A DNA stretch of 64,000 nt, taken from the NCBI RefSeq assembly GCF_006345805.1, contig NC_043014.1, positions 52,080,001-52,144,000 of the forward strand, in the 5' to 3' direction. Origin of the DNA: Octopus sinensis. Lineage: Eukaryota. The notes beneath the pieces were generated by a model, which made no database searches, was not told the DNA's origin, and saw only the letters and a list, made by a program, of their open reading frames with translations. Shown in pieces: positions 26,801 through 41,317 of the stretch (position 1 is its first letter; each line of letters starts with the position of its first letter). A program made the position numbers and the translations under genes.

Positions 26801-29262
26801 AATTTTACGAACAAAATTTTCTATTGACGCTCAGTGGTAATATGGGCCCCGCAATTGAGAACTAGCGGCGTATGTGAATGCTAGTGCATTAATAATATCT
26901 CTTTCTGGTACAAGACTTAACATCATCTCATCTGAGCTGATTGTTTTACTGATAATTTGTGCTACAAATCTTCTTATAACATTTAAAAGTTCGACTTTTA
27001 TTTGATGGCTCTACACTTGTCTTCCTTCACCTCATACATTTACTTCCTTTGTCGCAGCGCTATATGCCAGACAAAACGAGAAACCGATATTTTAAAGAAT
27101 CAGACAAGCTGAATCGATGCAACATTCCGTTTTCTTGCTCGCTGGAAAAACTTTGCTCTTCTAAATGGAAACGTTACCTGTCATTGTGGTCTTGTGACAC
27201 GAAGCAAAGCAGGCCTTGGCGTCCACTACTCAAGAAAACACATAGTAAATGATCAACAAGCTCTCGAGCAAACTGAGTCCTCACTTTCATCCATTTGTCA
27301 AATGCGTTCCAAGGCATCAACAGACTTCAAGAGACACATTCGCGTCCATGGAACTTGATTAAGACCTCATTTCAGTGAATCCTCATTTGTTCACGGCAAG
27401 ACAAGCCATCACACACCCATATATATATATATATATATATTATAGATATATACATACATATATACATACATATACATATACACATACATATACATATATA
27501 CATACATACATATACATATATACATACATATACATATATACATACATACACATATATACATACACAGACACGAAATGTTAGAAAAGTGCTACCGCTGTTC
27601 TAGTCATTTACAAGTCAATGCTAACAAAATCTTTTCTTTGCCTCGAGTGTGTATTTCTATATTTACCCGACCTTATACAACCCAGAGTAGAGACATCAAA
27701 ATAGTTAACTGAATTTCTTTGACAGCAGGCAAAAATTAGAAAACATTAGCCTCTTCATTTTGTAATTTTATGACTTGTTTATATTTATTTGAACATTATT
27801 CTTAATAATGTTTGTTAGTGTTGTTGTGGTTACTGTTGTTGTTGTTCTTTTTAATGTAGATTCTTTTCAGAATGAAATTCTATTTCTGCATTAAAATAGA
27901 ATTTTAATCCAAGAACATGGCGCATATATCAACAAAAATATAATTTATATGCTTGCCGAAACCGGATGTATATTTGCCTTCTCTCTCTCTTTCCCTCTCT
28001 CTCTCTCTCGTTTTTAATCTACTTATATATTTTTATATTTTTTTCAATGATTGGCTATCGTGTGTTATTTAACATTGTAAAATTCTATGCATTAGCATTA
28101 ATGTATCATCTTATCTTTGAAACGACACCAAGTAAAAAATATATATATATATACATATCCATATATATGAATACGTTAAAAGAGCTAATTCTTTTATCCG
28201 CGCTGACATGTGATTCATTGCTTCCCTTGCTAACATTCCACTCTGTTCAGAATAATGTAATCAATCGGCGTTAACCTTTACATTCTACAATCCTGTGCAA
28301 TGTATTTGAACCTCTCAGTACAATTTCTACATTTCATCACGATGCTTCTTTCGATTGCCTTTATCTTTTACTGATTTTTAATTTTTCTTTCTCTCTTTCT
28401 CTCTCTCGCTCGGTATTTTCTTTTTCTTTTTCTGTAAATATATTTTTATACAGAGCGGAGTGTTTAAAGAATTAATATATTCGCCATGGATTTCTCAGTT
28501 CCTTCTGACATGCAATTAAATTAGAGAACTATTTCAATAGAGTTGATTCAGATAGAACCAGTTTCAATTATTGAGCACATGTCATTCTGACACGGAATGC
28601 AAACTATTCCTTTGAAGATCCAATAAAAAACGCTCCGTACAGTTCCATGTATTTGCTGTTTATATCACTTCCACGCAATGCGTTGTACACGGAATTGTAT
28701 CTCGATTTAGAATCTGTGCAATGTACTGTAGCTGTAATATCTTGACAAACATATAGAACCAACTTGACTAAATGCAAACATTTATAGCAGGTTTTCCAGC
28801 TCAACGGTCCTGGATTTTCTAACATCGCACGCAGATATGTTGTTTAATCGTTGTCACATTCCAAACATTTGCCCAAATATTCAAATAATCATTTCTATAA
28901 CCAACATAATATATATTCAATAAGGACTGAGTTTAATTTTGCGTTAGAATATGTAATATATATTCATAAGGTATTTCCTGATATAACAGAATACGTACAA
29001 TATACTTACACACAGAAGTAAGTGAACATTTAAAAAATTCAAACCAACATATTTCGGTAAGTTATGTGTGTTTCATAACAGTTAGTTCAGTCTGTCTGTC
29101 TGTCCATCTGTCTATCTATCTATCCATCTGTCTATATATATATTATTATTATTAATAATAATAATAATATTACGACAACAAAAGAATGAATGAGCCCTCG
29201 ATATTATGTAAAATAGAGGAATTTATCTATAAATATAATATGTGACAATTAGTTGGTTATAA

Positions 29263-29325
29263 TAATAAAACTCAGAGTTTCAGATACCGGGGTTGAAGTC
29301 TGCTCCGGCATCTCATCAGTTATTA
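29263..29325 (-). ncRNA. Hammerhead ribozyme-like motif with canonical core, in a PLE-type remnant (~29140-29335)
   Basis: Minus strand: uaauaa CUGAUGA gaugccgg-loop-ccgguauc u GAA ACUCUGAGU U uuauua; 6-bp stem I, 8-bp stem II, near-palindromic stem III. Confidence 0.65.
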
Positions 29326-29451
29326 AGATAAGGCGCTATGAAAGAAAGCGTTGAATAAAGGCAAATTACTCCAATAGGCATGGTGAATATAATACTTCAT
29401 TCATAAAATACGCACATGCGCACATACACATATATATGTACGCAAAAACAC

Positions 29452-29482
<31 letters not shown>

Positions 29483-29889
29483 CTCACACACGCGTGTACA
29501 TATACATTCAACCACACATATAAACATATGTCTACGCATGCACGTACATACGTACATACACATGCATTTATACCGATGCACGCATCACTATGCTCATATA
29601 TACATCACTACACCAACACACACATACATACGCGGAAAATGTATATACAAATAAAAACCTATATGGAATTTATGCAATCCTATGTAGGAAAGTATAAAAC
29701 ATTTTAATTTCACTTAATTCAATTTATTTATATTTTAAAATTTCTTAATAATCTATGCAGGTTAAATAAAAGCTAGTATAGTATATTATTTCCTTATTTG
29801 GTTACAAAACATTAAGTGAAATTATTTAGTTCATCTTGATTACCTCCCTTCCATTACATTTTAATATATCTTATAGGCTCTTGATATAT

Positions 29890-29924
29890 GTGCTAATTGA
29901 TAAGGTTTTTTTTTACAGGTAATA
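29890..29924 (+). promoter_or_regulatory. Weaker candidate recursive splice site
   Basis: Seen: tgctaat branch-like motif, T9 tract, ACAG|GTAATA (AG at 29917-29918). Confidence 0.3.
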
Positions 29925-30044
29925 AAATATGTCTAGCATATTCCTTTAAGTTAAGTCATTAATAAAAATGAATCACTATTTACTAACTAACTATAAATCT
30001 ATATTAATACAAATTGATATATATATATATATATATATATATAT

Positions 30045-30357
30045 CAAGGCACATGGCTCATTGGGTAGAGCGTGGAGCTTATGATCGTGAGCTTGTGAGT
30101 TCGAATCCTGGACCGGGCTGCGTGTTGTGTTCTTGAGCAAGACACTTTATTTCATGTTGCTCCAGTTCACTCAGCTGTAAAAATGAGTTGCGACGTCACA
30201 GGTGCCAAGCTGTATCAGCCCTTGTCTTTCCCTTGGATAACACTGGTGGCGTGGAGAGGGGGAGGCCGGTATGCATGGGCGACTACTGGTCTTCTATAAA
30301 CAAACTTGCCCAGACTTGTGCCTCAGAGGGTAACTTTCTTAGTGCAATCCCATGGTC
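30045..30357 (+). mobile_element. SINE family C
   Basis: Seen: ggcacatggctcattgggtagagcg...gagttcgaatcc, same body as 10783-11121. Confidence 0.9.
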
Positions 30358-31294
30358 TCAATCAATATATATATATTTATATAAATATGAAATGATTTCT
30401 ATATTCTTCATCCCTATATAAGATACAAAAATTCATTGGAATCCTTTGGAAAAAACTATCAAAAGGATATTTATTTAAAATTACGAGCAAGATTATGGCT
30501 GTTAAATGGTTAAGACCATTAGAAATCTGTAGAGCATTAGTCTGTATTCTCCCAACCCCACTAGCTTCAGCCTACTAACTTTAGCTAAAATACATGCAAA
30601 TATGTCAAAGTTAAACTCCCCATAATGGGCTTGGATTTATGGCTTTGACATTTGTACTACTCCTTTCCTCTATCTATAAATAGAAGAAAATCTTGTTTGA
30701 CTCCATTGAACCAAATAAAAAAACCATCCCCGTTGATAAATCTAAATAACAAAGTGAACTCAGTGATAAAAAATCTGTCCATAGGCAAGGACCTTCTACT
30801 ATCATGTTCTTAATGATGAATTTAACCTCTCTGTCTATATATCTACCCTCTTTGTAATGTTGGCAAATGGAATAAGTATAAAAATGAACATTGTCTATTT
30901 AATTGGAAAATTCTATATGTGGCTGAAGATTGCTCTACATTTTAAAAATGATGTAATACATTGTTTAATTAAATGAAGTAGCATGAAACGATTGTACTAC
31001 ACTACCTTGGATATCCTTGTTGCTTATTTTGATTATAATCACCCCATTTGATTTATATGGGTAATACCATTCCAAATTCTGGTGACTTTAACTTAAGTAC
31101 CATATTCATTTGAATCTAAATTTTGTTGAACTTATATATATATACTCACACATACAAACGATAGGTTTCCTCAGTGTCTGTCTGCCAAATTTACTTACAA
31201 GCCATTTGTGAATCCGCAGCTGAAGGTAGCGTAGAGTGGAACTGAACACGAAACATCATGATTGTGAAACGAAATTGTTAACCACACGACAACG

Positions 31295-31344
<50 letters not shown>

Positions 31345-31807
31345 AACGAAACAACGAAACACAAGTTCATATAATTTCACAAACGATGTGGCTTATATAT
31401 ATCTAAAATGTCAACAGGGGCTCCGGGGAGTATACGGTGTCGCATCTACAATTTTTGTGTAAAAATTACAAAAGAACTCCATGCGGCCATTGTACGAAAA
31501 CAAAAATGAGAAGTTTTACAAAAACTGGAGAATTCAAAACTAACGTGAAAGCAAAATGTTCATAAGGAAACGAAAAAGAAAAAAAAGAAAAAGAAATACA
31601 CAAATAGCATTGTTAGAGATCCTCAACATCATATAATTAACTGAGAGAAGATGCTGCAAGGGACATTTTCCTAAGCAAATTCCTTGTAGCTATATTCAGA
31701 GAACTATTCCTTATATTCATTATCAGCGTTCGACATACTCTATCCTCTATTTGTCTCTTTCTTCCTCATGTATGTATATCTGTGTGTACTACGTGTGTGT
31801 GTGTGTG

Positions 31808-31892
<85 letters not shown>

Positions 31893-31918
31893 GTGTTGTG
31901 TGTGTGTGTTTTTATAGT

Positions 31919-31965
<47 letters not shown>

Positions 31966-32094
31966 GCGTATATAAATATATATATATACAGAGAGAGAGA
32001 GAAAGAGAGTGAGAAAGGGCAGAGAGTACTAATCAATGTCATTCTAGTGCTCTTTACACACACACATACACACACACAGTCACACGTATAAAAC

Positions 32095-32835
32095 GTAAAA
32101 GATTATGGATTTGAAATCCCGGTAATTACTGATAAAATCCAGATCTGGTTAATCCCATCAACTGAAGGGTAATATTTACAATCATGTAAAATGGGGGACC
32201 CACAGCATTCTTCAACACGATGCTAAAGAAATGGCAGAAGTACTGCAGAAACAATACAGCTTTGTATTTATTGATCCTACTGATATTGATGTAAGGGATG
32301 TGAACTACGTCAATTCCCAACATAATCCTCCCTGCCTCAGACATCATAGCAGCGATAAATGGGATCAAATACTACTTTGCTGGAGACCCTGATAGCTCCC
32401 CCGCTACACTCTTGTTGGGACGGCCTTAACTTATTCAAACTATTCTCTCCAGCGCCGCCGTGAGCGATACATTATTTGCACAATGTGGAAACTATACCGC
32501 CAGCATTGACCTAACAAACTCAACATTAGCTTCAAAATTCCTCCAAAGCTAGGACCACCTCCCCTTCCCAAGTCGGGATCATAACACATAAATACACACC
32601 AACACAATCTCTTTTCCTCACAGAGATCAAAGAGGAAAAGGATCCCATTACCTTTAAAAAGAAACTGGATAAATAAGCTACCTATTCCTTGATACACCTC
32701 ACTAAACAATAAATCCCTACTCGAATAGACTATGAAACCACAACACTTGGATTAAAAGGATTTAGATAATCCTACCAGGTGGTGGTATTAATTTGGACAT
32801 GTCCTGGACCAATATTTGGTCGAAACATATCTAAG
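32095..32835 (+). pseudogene. Decayed, internally deleted CR1-group LINE fragment
   Basis: Translated pieces: DAKEMAEVLQKQYSFVF (pre-RT), then YSLQRRRERYIICTMWK and DPITFKKKLDK (C-terminus). Confidence 0.7.
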
Positions 32836-32863
<28 letters not shown>

Positions 32864-32866
<3 letters not shown>

Positions 32867-33090
32867 CGGAGTAATATTTTTCAGCTCATCTTTGTTTATC
32901 GCTCGAAAATTGGCCGTTATTTCTAAAGGGTCAATCAAACAAGTCCATTTTTTCAAAGGTGTAGCGTTTGTAATAGTCTGGATAGAATTCACATATCGGT
33001 TCCATTCTAGTAAAAACTGTCCGACGAACGGCAACGGGAAACTCGGAGTAACAGGTTTTGTTGAATTTTCTGCTGCTTTAAATAAAGTAT
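32864..33090 (+). mobile_element. 'taccggagtaa' Penelope-type element with hammerhead-like motif at 33017-33054
   Basis: Seen: ctgt CCGACGA acg-gcaa-cgg GAA ACTCGGAGT A acag; flanked by (TA)n; same family as 55164 and 61265. Confidence 0.65.
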
Positions 33091-33105
33091 ATATATATAT
33101 ATATT

Positions 33106-33137
<32 letters not shown>

Positions 33138-33865
33138 ATTTACGACATATCAGTTGATTTATTTCATTATGATCTTTTCCCTCATGGGAAGATGCTTAGA
33201 CTGAAAATTAAGCTGTTGAATTCATGATCGTAAAGACTTGTTTTCCATTCATTGATTTGCGGTTATATTGAATCCTTGAAAAGGTACTTCATCTCATTCT
33301 TCTCCAGTCAATTCAACTGAAAAAATGATTGAACCAATGAAACACAGTTAAGATTTCAAATCAACCGAGGATCCACATGATGATTCCTCTTAATGTGAAT
33401 CATTTAAAAACAAATAACATCTTATACAAGTACAGATTAAATATATACCGACTTGAATGCAACGCCGTTGATCTATATAAGTTTTATAAAAAAAATTTAA
33501 TTTAATATTTATAGATACGCTTATTTTCGAAAATTAAAGTACAGAAAATTATATATTTTAAAGAATTTCAGTTTAATTCGTTCTTGAGAGGTCGATTAAG
33601 TACCAAAATATTATGTTATAAAACGTCTTTGTGGAAACATTTTAGCATTCCATTCAAAAGACGTTAATAATATTTTGTATGTTAAATGATTATGTTCGAA
33701 TTTATATTCGGTGAATAATAAACAGAAATCAAAGAACTACAGTAATTCGTGTATTTATAAATCAAACATCATAAATTTATACACACATACACACACAATC
33801 ACAAACACACACACACACATATATATATGTAAAAATACACAAAAAGACAGAGAAAATCATAGCGG

Positions 33866-33913
<48 letters not shown>

Positions 33914-34515
33914 GAGAGAGAGAGAGAGAGAGAATTCTATTCATATACTATTAAAACTTAGGCACAAAGACACACACAGAAAATCATGTATATATTCATA
34001 TATAATAATAGAAGTACGCCAACAGACACACACACTACATATATAATACAAAAATACATAGACGCATTCATACACATATATGTGTATGTATACACACATG
34101 CATTTGTGCAAGGTTCTGTGATAACGGTTTCAAAGAAAATTGTCTTTGAAGTTTGTGCTGCGACCAAAAGTAAAAATCGAACAAATTATGGAACTATTGC
34201 AAAGAGTAAGCAATTCTTATGAATAATTCAATAATCGTATTCAAATTCCATCCCCTGGTTATTTATGTGTCTATGCGTACGGGCGTCGTGTACGTGCGTG
34301 TTCATGCGTGTGTCCACACGCATATATATATATATAATGTGTATATATATTCAGATATTCAGTATTGAAAAATATGCTTGCGAGTGTAGATAGATAGATA
34401 CATAGAGAAAGAATGAGAGAGGGAGAGAGAGATGTGTTCAAATTTCTAAATGCTTCTGCTTTATTTGTAGCTAATTGGTTTGTTACTGATCACATATTCT
34501 TCAATTATCAATATA

Positions 34516-34898
34516 CTAGCAATATAGCCCGGCGTTGCTCGGGTTTGTTTCGACCCTTTAGAATTGGAATTTTTGAAAAGTGAAAAATATTGCATTATGT
34601 AGCTTGTTATTCTCTTTAAGTGAACATGTTTCTGGTTCAAATACACCGAGAAATGTCGATGCAGTCGAAATAACATAAAATGTAGGGATTTTCATAGAAA
34701 AAAATCACCTTTTTGATGTAAACATTTTTGGTGTTAACATGGTCCGATTTGAAATTTTCCTTCTACGGAAGGAATAACAAACCTTCTTCTATCATACTCT
34801 CAATTTTGGTCAACTTGCGCCGCAAGGTTTCGGAGGAGATAGTGTTAGTTGAAGGCAACCAAACCTGACATACACAGATAACTTCAGCTTTAGAGAGA
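34516..34898 (-). mobile_element. Non-autonomous Helitron
   Basis: Minus strand: starts TC, ends with hairpin cccgagcaacgccggg then CTAG, inserted between A and T (established Helitron termini). Confidence 0.75.
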
Positions 34899-34947
34899 TA
34901 TGTGTGCGCGTTCACGGAGACAGATATGCAAAGTCGTAAGTTTATGG

Positions 34948-35029
<82 letters not shown>

Positions 35030-36879
35030 CACAGACACACACACACATGGGTTGAATACGTTCGATTACCAAAGTACGTATCTCAGACAACATGATCCAC
35101 CAACATAAATTTCTCAACCAAAACACAGAGTTCAATCAAATAGTTCAAATTTATACGTAACTTGGCTACCACCAATGAGTGATTCCATTTGCTATATATT
35201 GCCAATGTAATTGTATTTGAAATATTTGTAACAAAAACGCGCACACGTACATTTATGTAACACCACGAATGAACTCGTTCTCATCCAACCACTAAATTTT
35301 ATCAACGTCGATCCTAGTCAGTTGATAATTGGTTCGCTATTTCTTTTTCAGCTTAAATTAAACTAGAATAGAGACAGGAATTATTTTTAGAGGAAAAACA
35401 GGTGTTTTATTTTGGAGACTATGAGTTATTACAATTAAGAAACGCTGCAAGGAGGAACTGTCAAGACACTCGACTAATTTCTATTACTTTAGAATATTAA
35501 TTAGAATTTTGATAAGTTAAAGTTAAATAAAATTTTTGAAGAACTTCTGGAGTTTTATACCAATAACTTTTAAATATTGTCATTGTTTCTATATTGCTGT
35601 AAAATCATGTGATTTACAACATTAGCAATCGGAGAAAGAGTATTTGATGTAGTTTCTCTGAGTCTCAGCTTTAATGCCAAGTCACTTAAGAAATCGTATG
35701 GATAGATTCAAATTTTCATTCTGTTATCAAATTCGTTCAACGCAAAATTTTAAAGAAATTCTGGCAAATCCATTTAATAGCTATTAAATCCGGCGTTCGA
35801 AATGAGAAAATGTATTTATGACAAACTGTAAAACTTCAATAAAATATGTATCTATATGTTTCAGAAGAATAGTTTCATGGAAATGAGAATCACGGAATAG
35901 ATAACTAGAGTGCATTCAGTATTCAAGAGAGGATTACAAGTAAATCTTCTTATCAATATATGGCTTTATCTTGAAGATTATTTCGAGATAGTTGAATGCT
36001 GTATCAGAGACGAAAACAAATTTATTCAAAGATTAGTCGCAATTTATCTCTCGTAACTTTCCTGACACATAAGTGTCGCTGGACGACCAGTCAAATTGAC
36101 AGCAATAGATTCACATAAGCCGATCGCTGTGTCACTGTAACAGATACACTGTTTTTACTTTATACTGAAAATAAAAAAAATTAATGCAGATATATCGCAG
36201 CATTAAGCAATGATATGTTAGTTTGAAAATTATTCAGTAGAATGTAAGTTTGAAAAATATCTCACACGATAGGCAGTCGATAAAGTACTTAATGATTTAG
36301 GAATAATGTTACCGTTGTTGTTGTGGCTTAACCTTAGGTCAAGCTAGATGCACTAGACTTATAATCAATCTGTCTGTCCTGTATATCAAAGTTCACATTA
36401 TCCTGTAACTCCTTAATTATTCAAGACGGCTGTGTATGATTTCAGACAGATTTGGTTGGTATATTTATAGCAGATCGTGTGACCCCGTAGAAACCTACTT
36501 GCTGGGTATTTAAATATTGTATTAAGGGATCATATGATAGTAGAATTCATCATGTGAACACAGGCTTCTGAGATTAAAATAATAACTGCAGTAGCAGCAG
36601 CCAAATCCAACTCGCATCTCGAACCAAATTTTTACCATTGTCTCGATGTTAGAATATATTTTAGAGATCGTCTGCAAAAGACAAGGTTATAGTTATGAAG
36701 TTTAGTAGAATGGCTACTTGGCTATTAGATGAATGGTTGTCACGTTTATGATTTCAATCGTCATTTTCGTATTTACAGGAATATAACATTCGCGATGCAC
36801 TTCTCTTTTTAAGGCTATATGTACTTGCGAAGAAATTTTACTAGCAGGGCAAGCGATCGCTTAAATGTTCTCCTATTGA

Positions 36880-37975
36880 GTCATTTAGATAAACGTCTGA
36901 AGCTGGGACCATAGAATATGTATATTTTAAAGGGATGAAAGTCACAGATACGAAATGAAAAGAACATTTCCACAATGATAGAAAAAATACCAAAGTTTTC
37001 AAATATATTGAAATAATAACACAGGCGAAATAAGGATTTCACGAAAAGAGCGTAACTTGGGAATGTATATATTAAAAACATAAATATAAGTTTCGAAAGG
37101 AAATTGTCATAATTATGTTAATAATAAAGGTGCTGCAAATCGGGGTTTCGACACTAGAGTACATTCTTGCGAGAGAAGAAATAACCGTAGAATTTAGACG
37201 TAGAATGCTGAAAAGAAATGTAGTGTGATGAACAGATGGAAGAAAAGCGTGAGAAGGAAGAGATAGGACATTTCTGAGAGAAAAGAAAGAATAGGAAACA
37301 AAAACAGAGATAATAATAAACGGGTGAAGATATGATGAAGTTAAGAAATATAGGAATGATGGCGGGCCAATGTCGTCGAAGCGGATTGGGCTAGAGCTCT
37401 TGTTAATACTTCCACTTAGGCAAACCACATCAAAAAATATAAGCTTTTCCATAATGGCATCTTGGATCGGAGAAAGCTTTTACGTATCCGTCTTCTTTCC
37501 CTTAAGCATTGTCCAAATCTTTTGCTTTTTTGTAGGACTTTCTCTAGTAGAGTGATATGACGTCATATTTAGTGGTATTTTTCTCCAATCACAGGTGTAT
37601 TTAGCCAGTATATTTTATTCCTCAATTATGCAGCATGATCATGCGTCTGTTTTTTTTTGTTTGTTTGGTGGTTGGATGTGAGGGATACCTCTTCAAAACC
37701 GATACTCGATATATCTTCTGCTTCTCTGGACCGGTTTTTTCAATTAAATACAGTAACATTACTTTTATAAAGACTATTGAGCACACATTTGATTGTATCC
37801 CTGCATGAAGAAAAGCTCTCCACTTGAAGTGGACGTATGAGGGGCATTGATCTTTTTATTCGTTGTACAACTGAATGATAACCGAAGTGTATTTTTAGTA
37901 AATAACTTCGTATACCTATTGGTGGGAAGAAAGTACTTCTCAGCTGATTTAATGAATGCTGGACACAGCATTTAG
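36880..37975 (-). pseudogene. Decayed Penelope-like element 3' end (linker, GIY-YIG, 3' region), second lineage
   Basis: ORF 37774-37971 reads KYFLPTNRYTKLFTKNTLRLSFSC, resembling the PLE KHFP..KIFN.NT.K.SYSC linker; downstream frameshifted pieces resemble YK..V..YIG, LAKY, CL.EK and LNK.S motifs. Confidence 0.6.
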
Positions 37976-38954
37976 AGAGAAAGGAGAAGAAAACCAGATA
38001 ACTTTGCGATGCTGATTTCCATACATATTCACTTATTATTCTTTCACATCAGGGAAATATATCTCTATGCATATGTCAAGATTCTGTTATATTTAACAGT
38101 TAATGGATCCTCGAATTTGTTGGTATGGAAATGGATTTCATCAATAAGCAATGATATTATTATCTCCAAATTTGTGTATGTTATTTATTATATGTATATT
38201 AAACTGGCGCTTATATGATTGATATATTTGTAATACATTTATTAAACGACAAGAAAAATGTGAAAATTATTTCTGTCACTCCAACAAGAGAATCGCTGGT
38301 CTTAATAGATATTGAAGCCAAAATACGCGCGATATATAATACATGGATGTAACGAAAATGTGAAAATTAGATATATGCTGATGATATACAATGCATCATT
38401 GCAAATGAGAATTATTATCGGAAATGTAAATTTAGCACACATTTCTGCTATTGAATATCAATGAATCATGGATAATCTAAATATTGATACGATATATAAA
38501 TATAAAACCTGGTATGTCTATCATTGTTACCTAGTATCCATTTATCAGCGATCTTGTGAGCTATCATGATTAAAAATGTATCATAACAGTGTTTGCTTTT
38601 AACAAGCAACTAAGAAACAAAAGATAATGTAAATGTGGTTAGCCATATATTATACTGGATTAGATGCGAAGATAGATAGCACAAACGTGAAAATGAGATC
38701 TGGTCGTCAGCTAGAAAACTTTTAAAATAATATGTTTTCGCTTCGTCTTTCGAAAAAGTAATCTTATATTCTTCATACTGTCAAGATCTTGATTGGTCTC
38801 ATCTGTTATTTATAATGAAATATATTGCTCAATGTCTGTATCCTTAACAAAACTCGATACTTCAGTAATTTATTGCAAATTTAACAATTCGTTTCTTTTG
38901 TCAATAGACAGAGCTTATGCGCGTGTGTTTTTGCTTAATGTACAATCCTATGCG

Positions 38955-39179
38955 TGCTATATATATATATATATATACATATATATATACACATATATAC
39001 ACATATATACATATATACACACATATATACATATATATACACATATATACACATATATACACATATATACATATATACACACATATATATACATATATAC
39101 ACACATATATATACATATATACACACATATATATACATATATATATATATATATGTGTTTACTGTTGTCTGATGTATGC

Positions 39180-39214
<35 letters not shown>

Positions 39215-39322
39215 GATATATATGTATATATATGCATATATGTATATATATGCATATATGTATATATATATGCATATCTGTATATATATGCATATATATA
39301 TGCATATAAATGTATATATAAG

Positions 39323-39357
<35 letters not shown>

Positions 39358-39375
39358 ATGTGTGTGTGTGTGCAT
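38955..39375. repeat. (TATACACA/TA/TG)n microsatellite
   Basis: Seen directly. Confidence 0.9.
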
Positions 39376-39779
39376 AAAATTGTAAAGTACAGACGATCGG
39401 GGAAGGGAAGAATGGTGGTTTAATGTTTATATTTATAAAAGTACACTCACACACAGAGACATATATATAGCGAAGGAGAGAGAGATAGAAAGTGAGGGAG
39501 CGAAAGAGACAGGAGCAGTGAATGAACAGACTAAAAGACCAGTAGACACGAACATATTTAGCGCAGCAAAGCTCATATTACTCCGCTCAGCTTTTGCAAG
39601 CATTACTGATGACATAACTGATTAAATGATTTTCATTATGTCAAAGATATAAGAAAAACTTAATATGGAACTTACTGAATAATGCATACAAACGAAAGAG
39701 AACATGTACAAGGAAATAGTGCATGAAATGAATACATATTAATATGAAACACACACACACACACACACACACATAGCGA

Positions 39780-40600
39780 GAGGTGGGGGTTGGAAAATAA
39801 GTATGCCGAAGCTTTCATAGGGGTTCTCCAAGGATCGGTGTTCATCCCACTCTTGTTCATCATAGCCTTCCAAGCAATAATAGAGGAATTCAAGCCAGAC
39901 TGTCCATGGGAGCTCCTCTATGCTGATGACCTTGTTTTTATATCCGAGATACAACCTGAACTAGCGAAGTAGTTCCAGGTATGGAAGGAAGGTCTAGAAT
40001 CAATTATTAGTTTACCTAGCAAAAACTAAAGTTTTACTATGTAGGAAGGCAGACAAATCACAAATCTTTTCAGGTATCTGGCCGTACTCTATCAGTAGAA
40101 AGGGTGTTGTTAGAAACCCCATAAAACGCACCTCGTGTAAACTTTGTACCAGTATCAGAGGAAGGTTAACAGGGAAACAAGTTTTTGTATGTGGAAGATG
40201 CACAGGTGAAATATACGCTGAACATGGGCAGAAAATAGACTCCATCAAGCTAGGGGTAGTAAATAGCTTCCGTTGTGTAGTGGAGGTGGATGCTCCGAAA
40301 CGTAGCTCTGAGAATAAGATTAGGCTAAGCAAAATTCAGAGACCTCCTTCCCCTGCTAGTAACAAAGGCCTCTCGCTCTGAGCGAAAGGCATATTGCTTG
40401 ATGCCTGTCCGCAAACAGCTGTACTGCATGGCAGTGAAACATGGGCTATTACCATCGAGGACATGTGTAGACATGAAAGGAATGAAGTCAGTATGCTTCG
40501 CTGGATGTGTAATGTCAGTGTGCATATTCGACAGAATGTAAGCACCTGGAGAGAAAAGTTTAGGGATAAGAGGTATGAGATGACAGCGCTGGCATGGTCA
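39780..40600 (+). pseudogene. Decayed RTE-clade LINE reverse transcriptase fragment
   Basis: GVLQGSVFIPLLFII...WELLYADDLV (RT YADD motif), then LHGSETWA...MLRWMCNV, typical of the RTE C-terminal region; stops and frameshifts present. Confidence 0.85.
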
Positions 40601-40609
40601 TATATATAT

Positions 40610-40832
40610 ATCGCCATGTTGAATCGCTAGCTTCTGCACGCATTTTTTTCTCTCCTTTTTTTTTCTCCTTGTTTCTCTCCGTGTTTCTTTTCTGTGTATC
40701 TTTCTGTTGAAGAGTGTAGGCTCGAAACGTAAAAGACTTGTTTTATTTATATTCCTGAGCGCCATACTAATACAATTGTTTGTTTGTACTCCACCTGCCT
40801 TCGTCTTTTGTTTATTTTCATAAAGCTTCCCG

Positions 40833-40835
<3 letters not shown>
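40610..40835 (+). mobile_element. Penelope-type terminal remnant with hammerhead-like motif at 40699-40736
   Basis: Seen: tcttt CTGTTGA a gagt-gtag-gctc GAAAC GTA aaaga; TA runs on both sides. Confidence 0.65.
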
Positions 40836-40913
<78 letters not shown>

Positions 40914-41317
40914 TGTGTGTGTGTGTGTGTGTACATAAAATATACGTGTATATATTTGTATATATTCATTTCTATGTAACTGAACATATTTACGTATGTA
41001 GCAGTTTGTGCGTATCTAAGTATGTATGTCCGCATGAGATTTTCCATTCGTATGTGTTGGCACACACACATATAGATATAGAAATTCAGCAACTTTTACA
41101 ATCTCCCGCTTCTAATGGCGATGTTGTAAATCGTGATAAAGTGTATTGTTGTCGAATCACTATAAATATTTTGAACTAATATGGATGCTTTTCAATAGAA
41201 CTTCGGTTATTGTATCTGAAATAGTTTATTGCTTGAGAAGAGCATCTTGTGAACAAGACTAAATGCTTTGTCAGTATTTGATCATCTCGTTTCTTCATTC
41301 TATGAAATATTTATATT

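Noticed and set aside
28604-28825. 73-aa non-repetitive ORF (also 23875-24315)
   Set aside because: No recognisable domain or convincing splice sites; lengths expected by chance.
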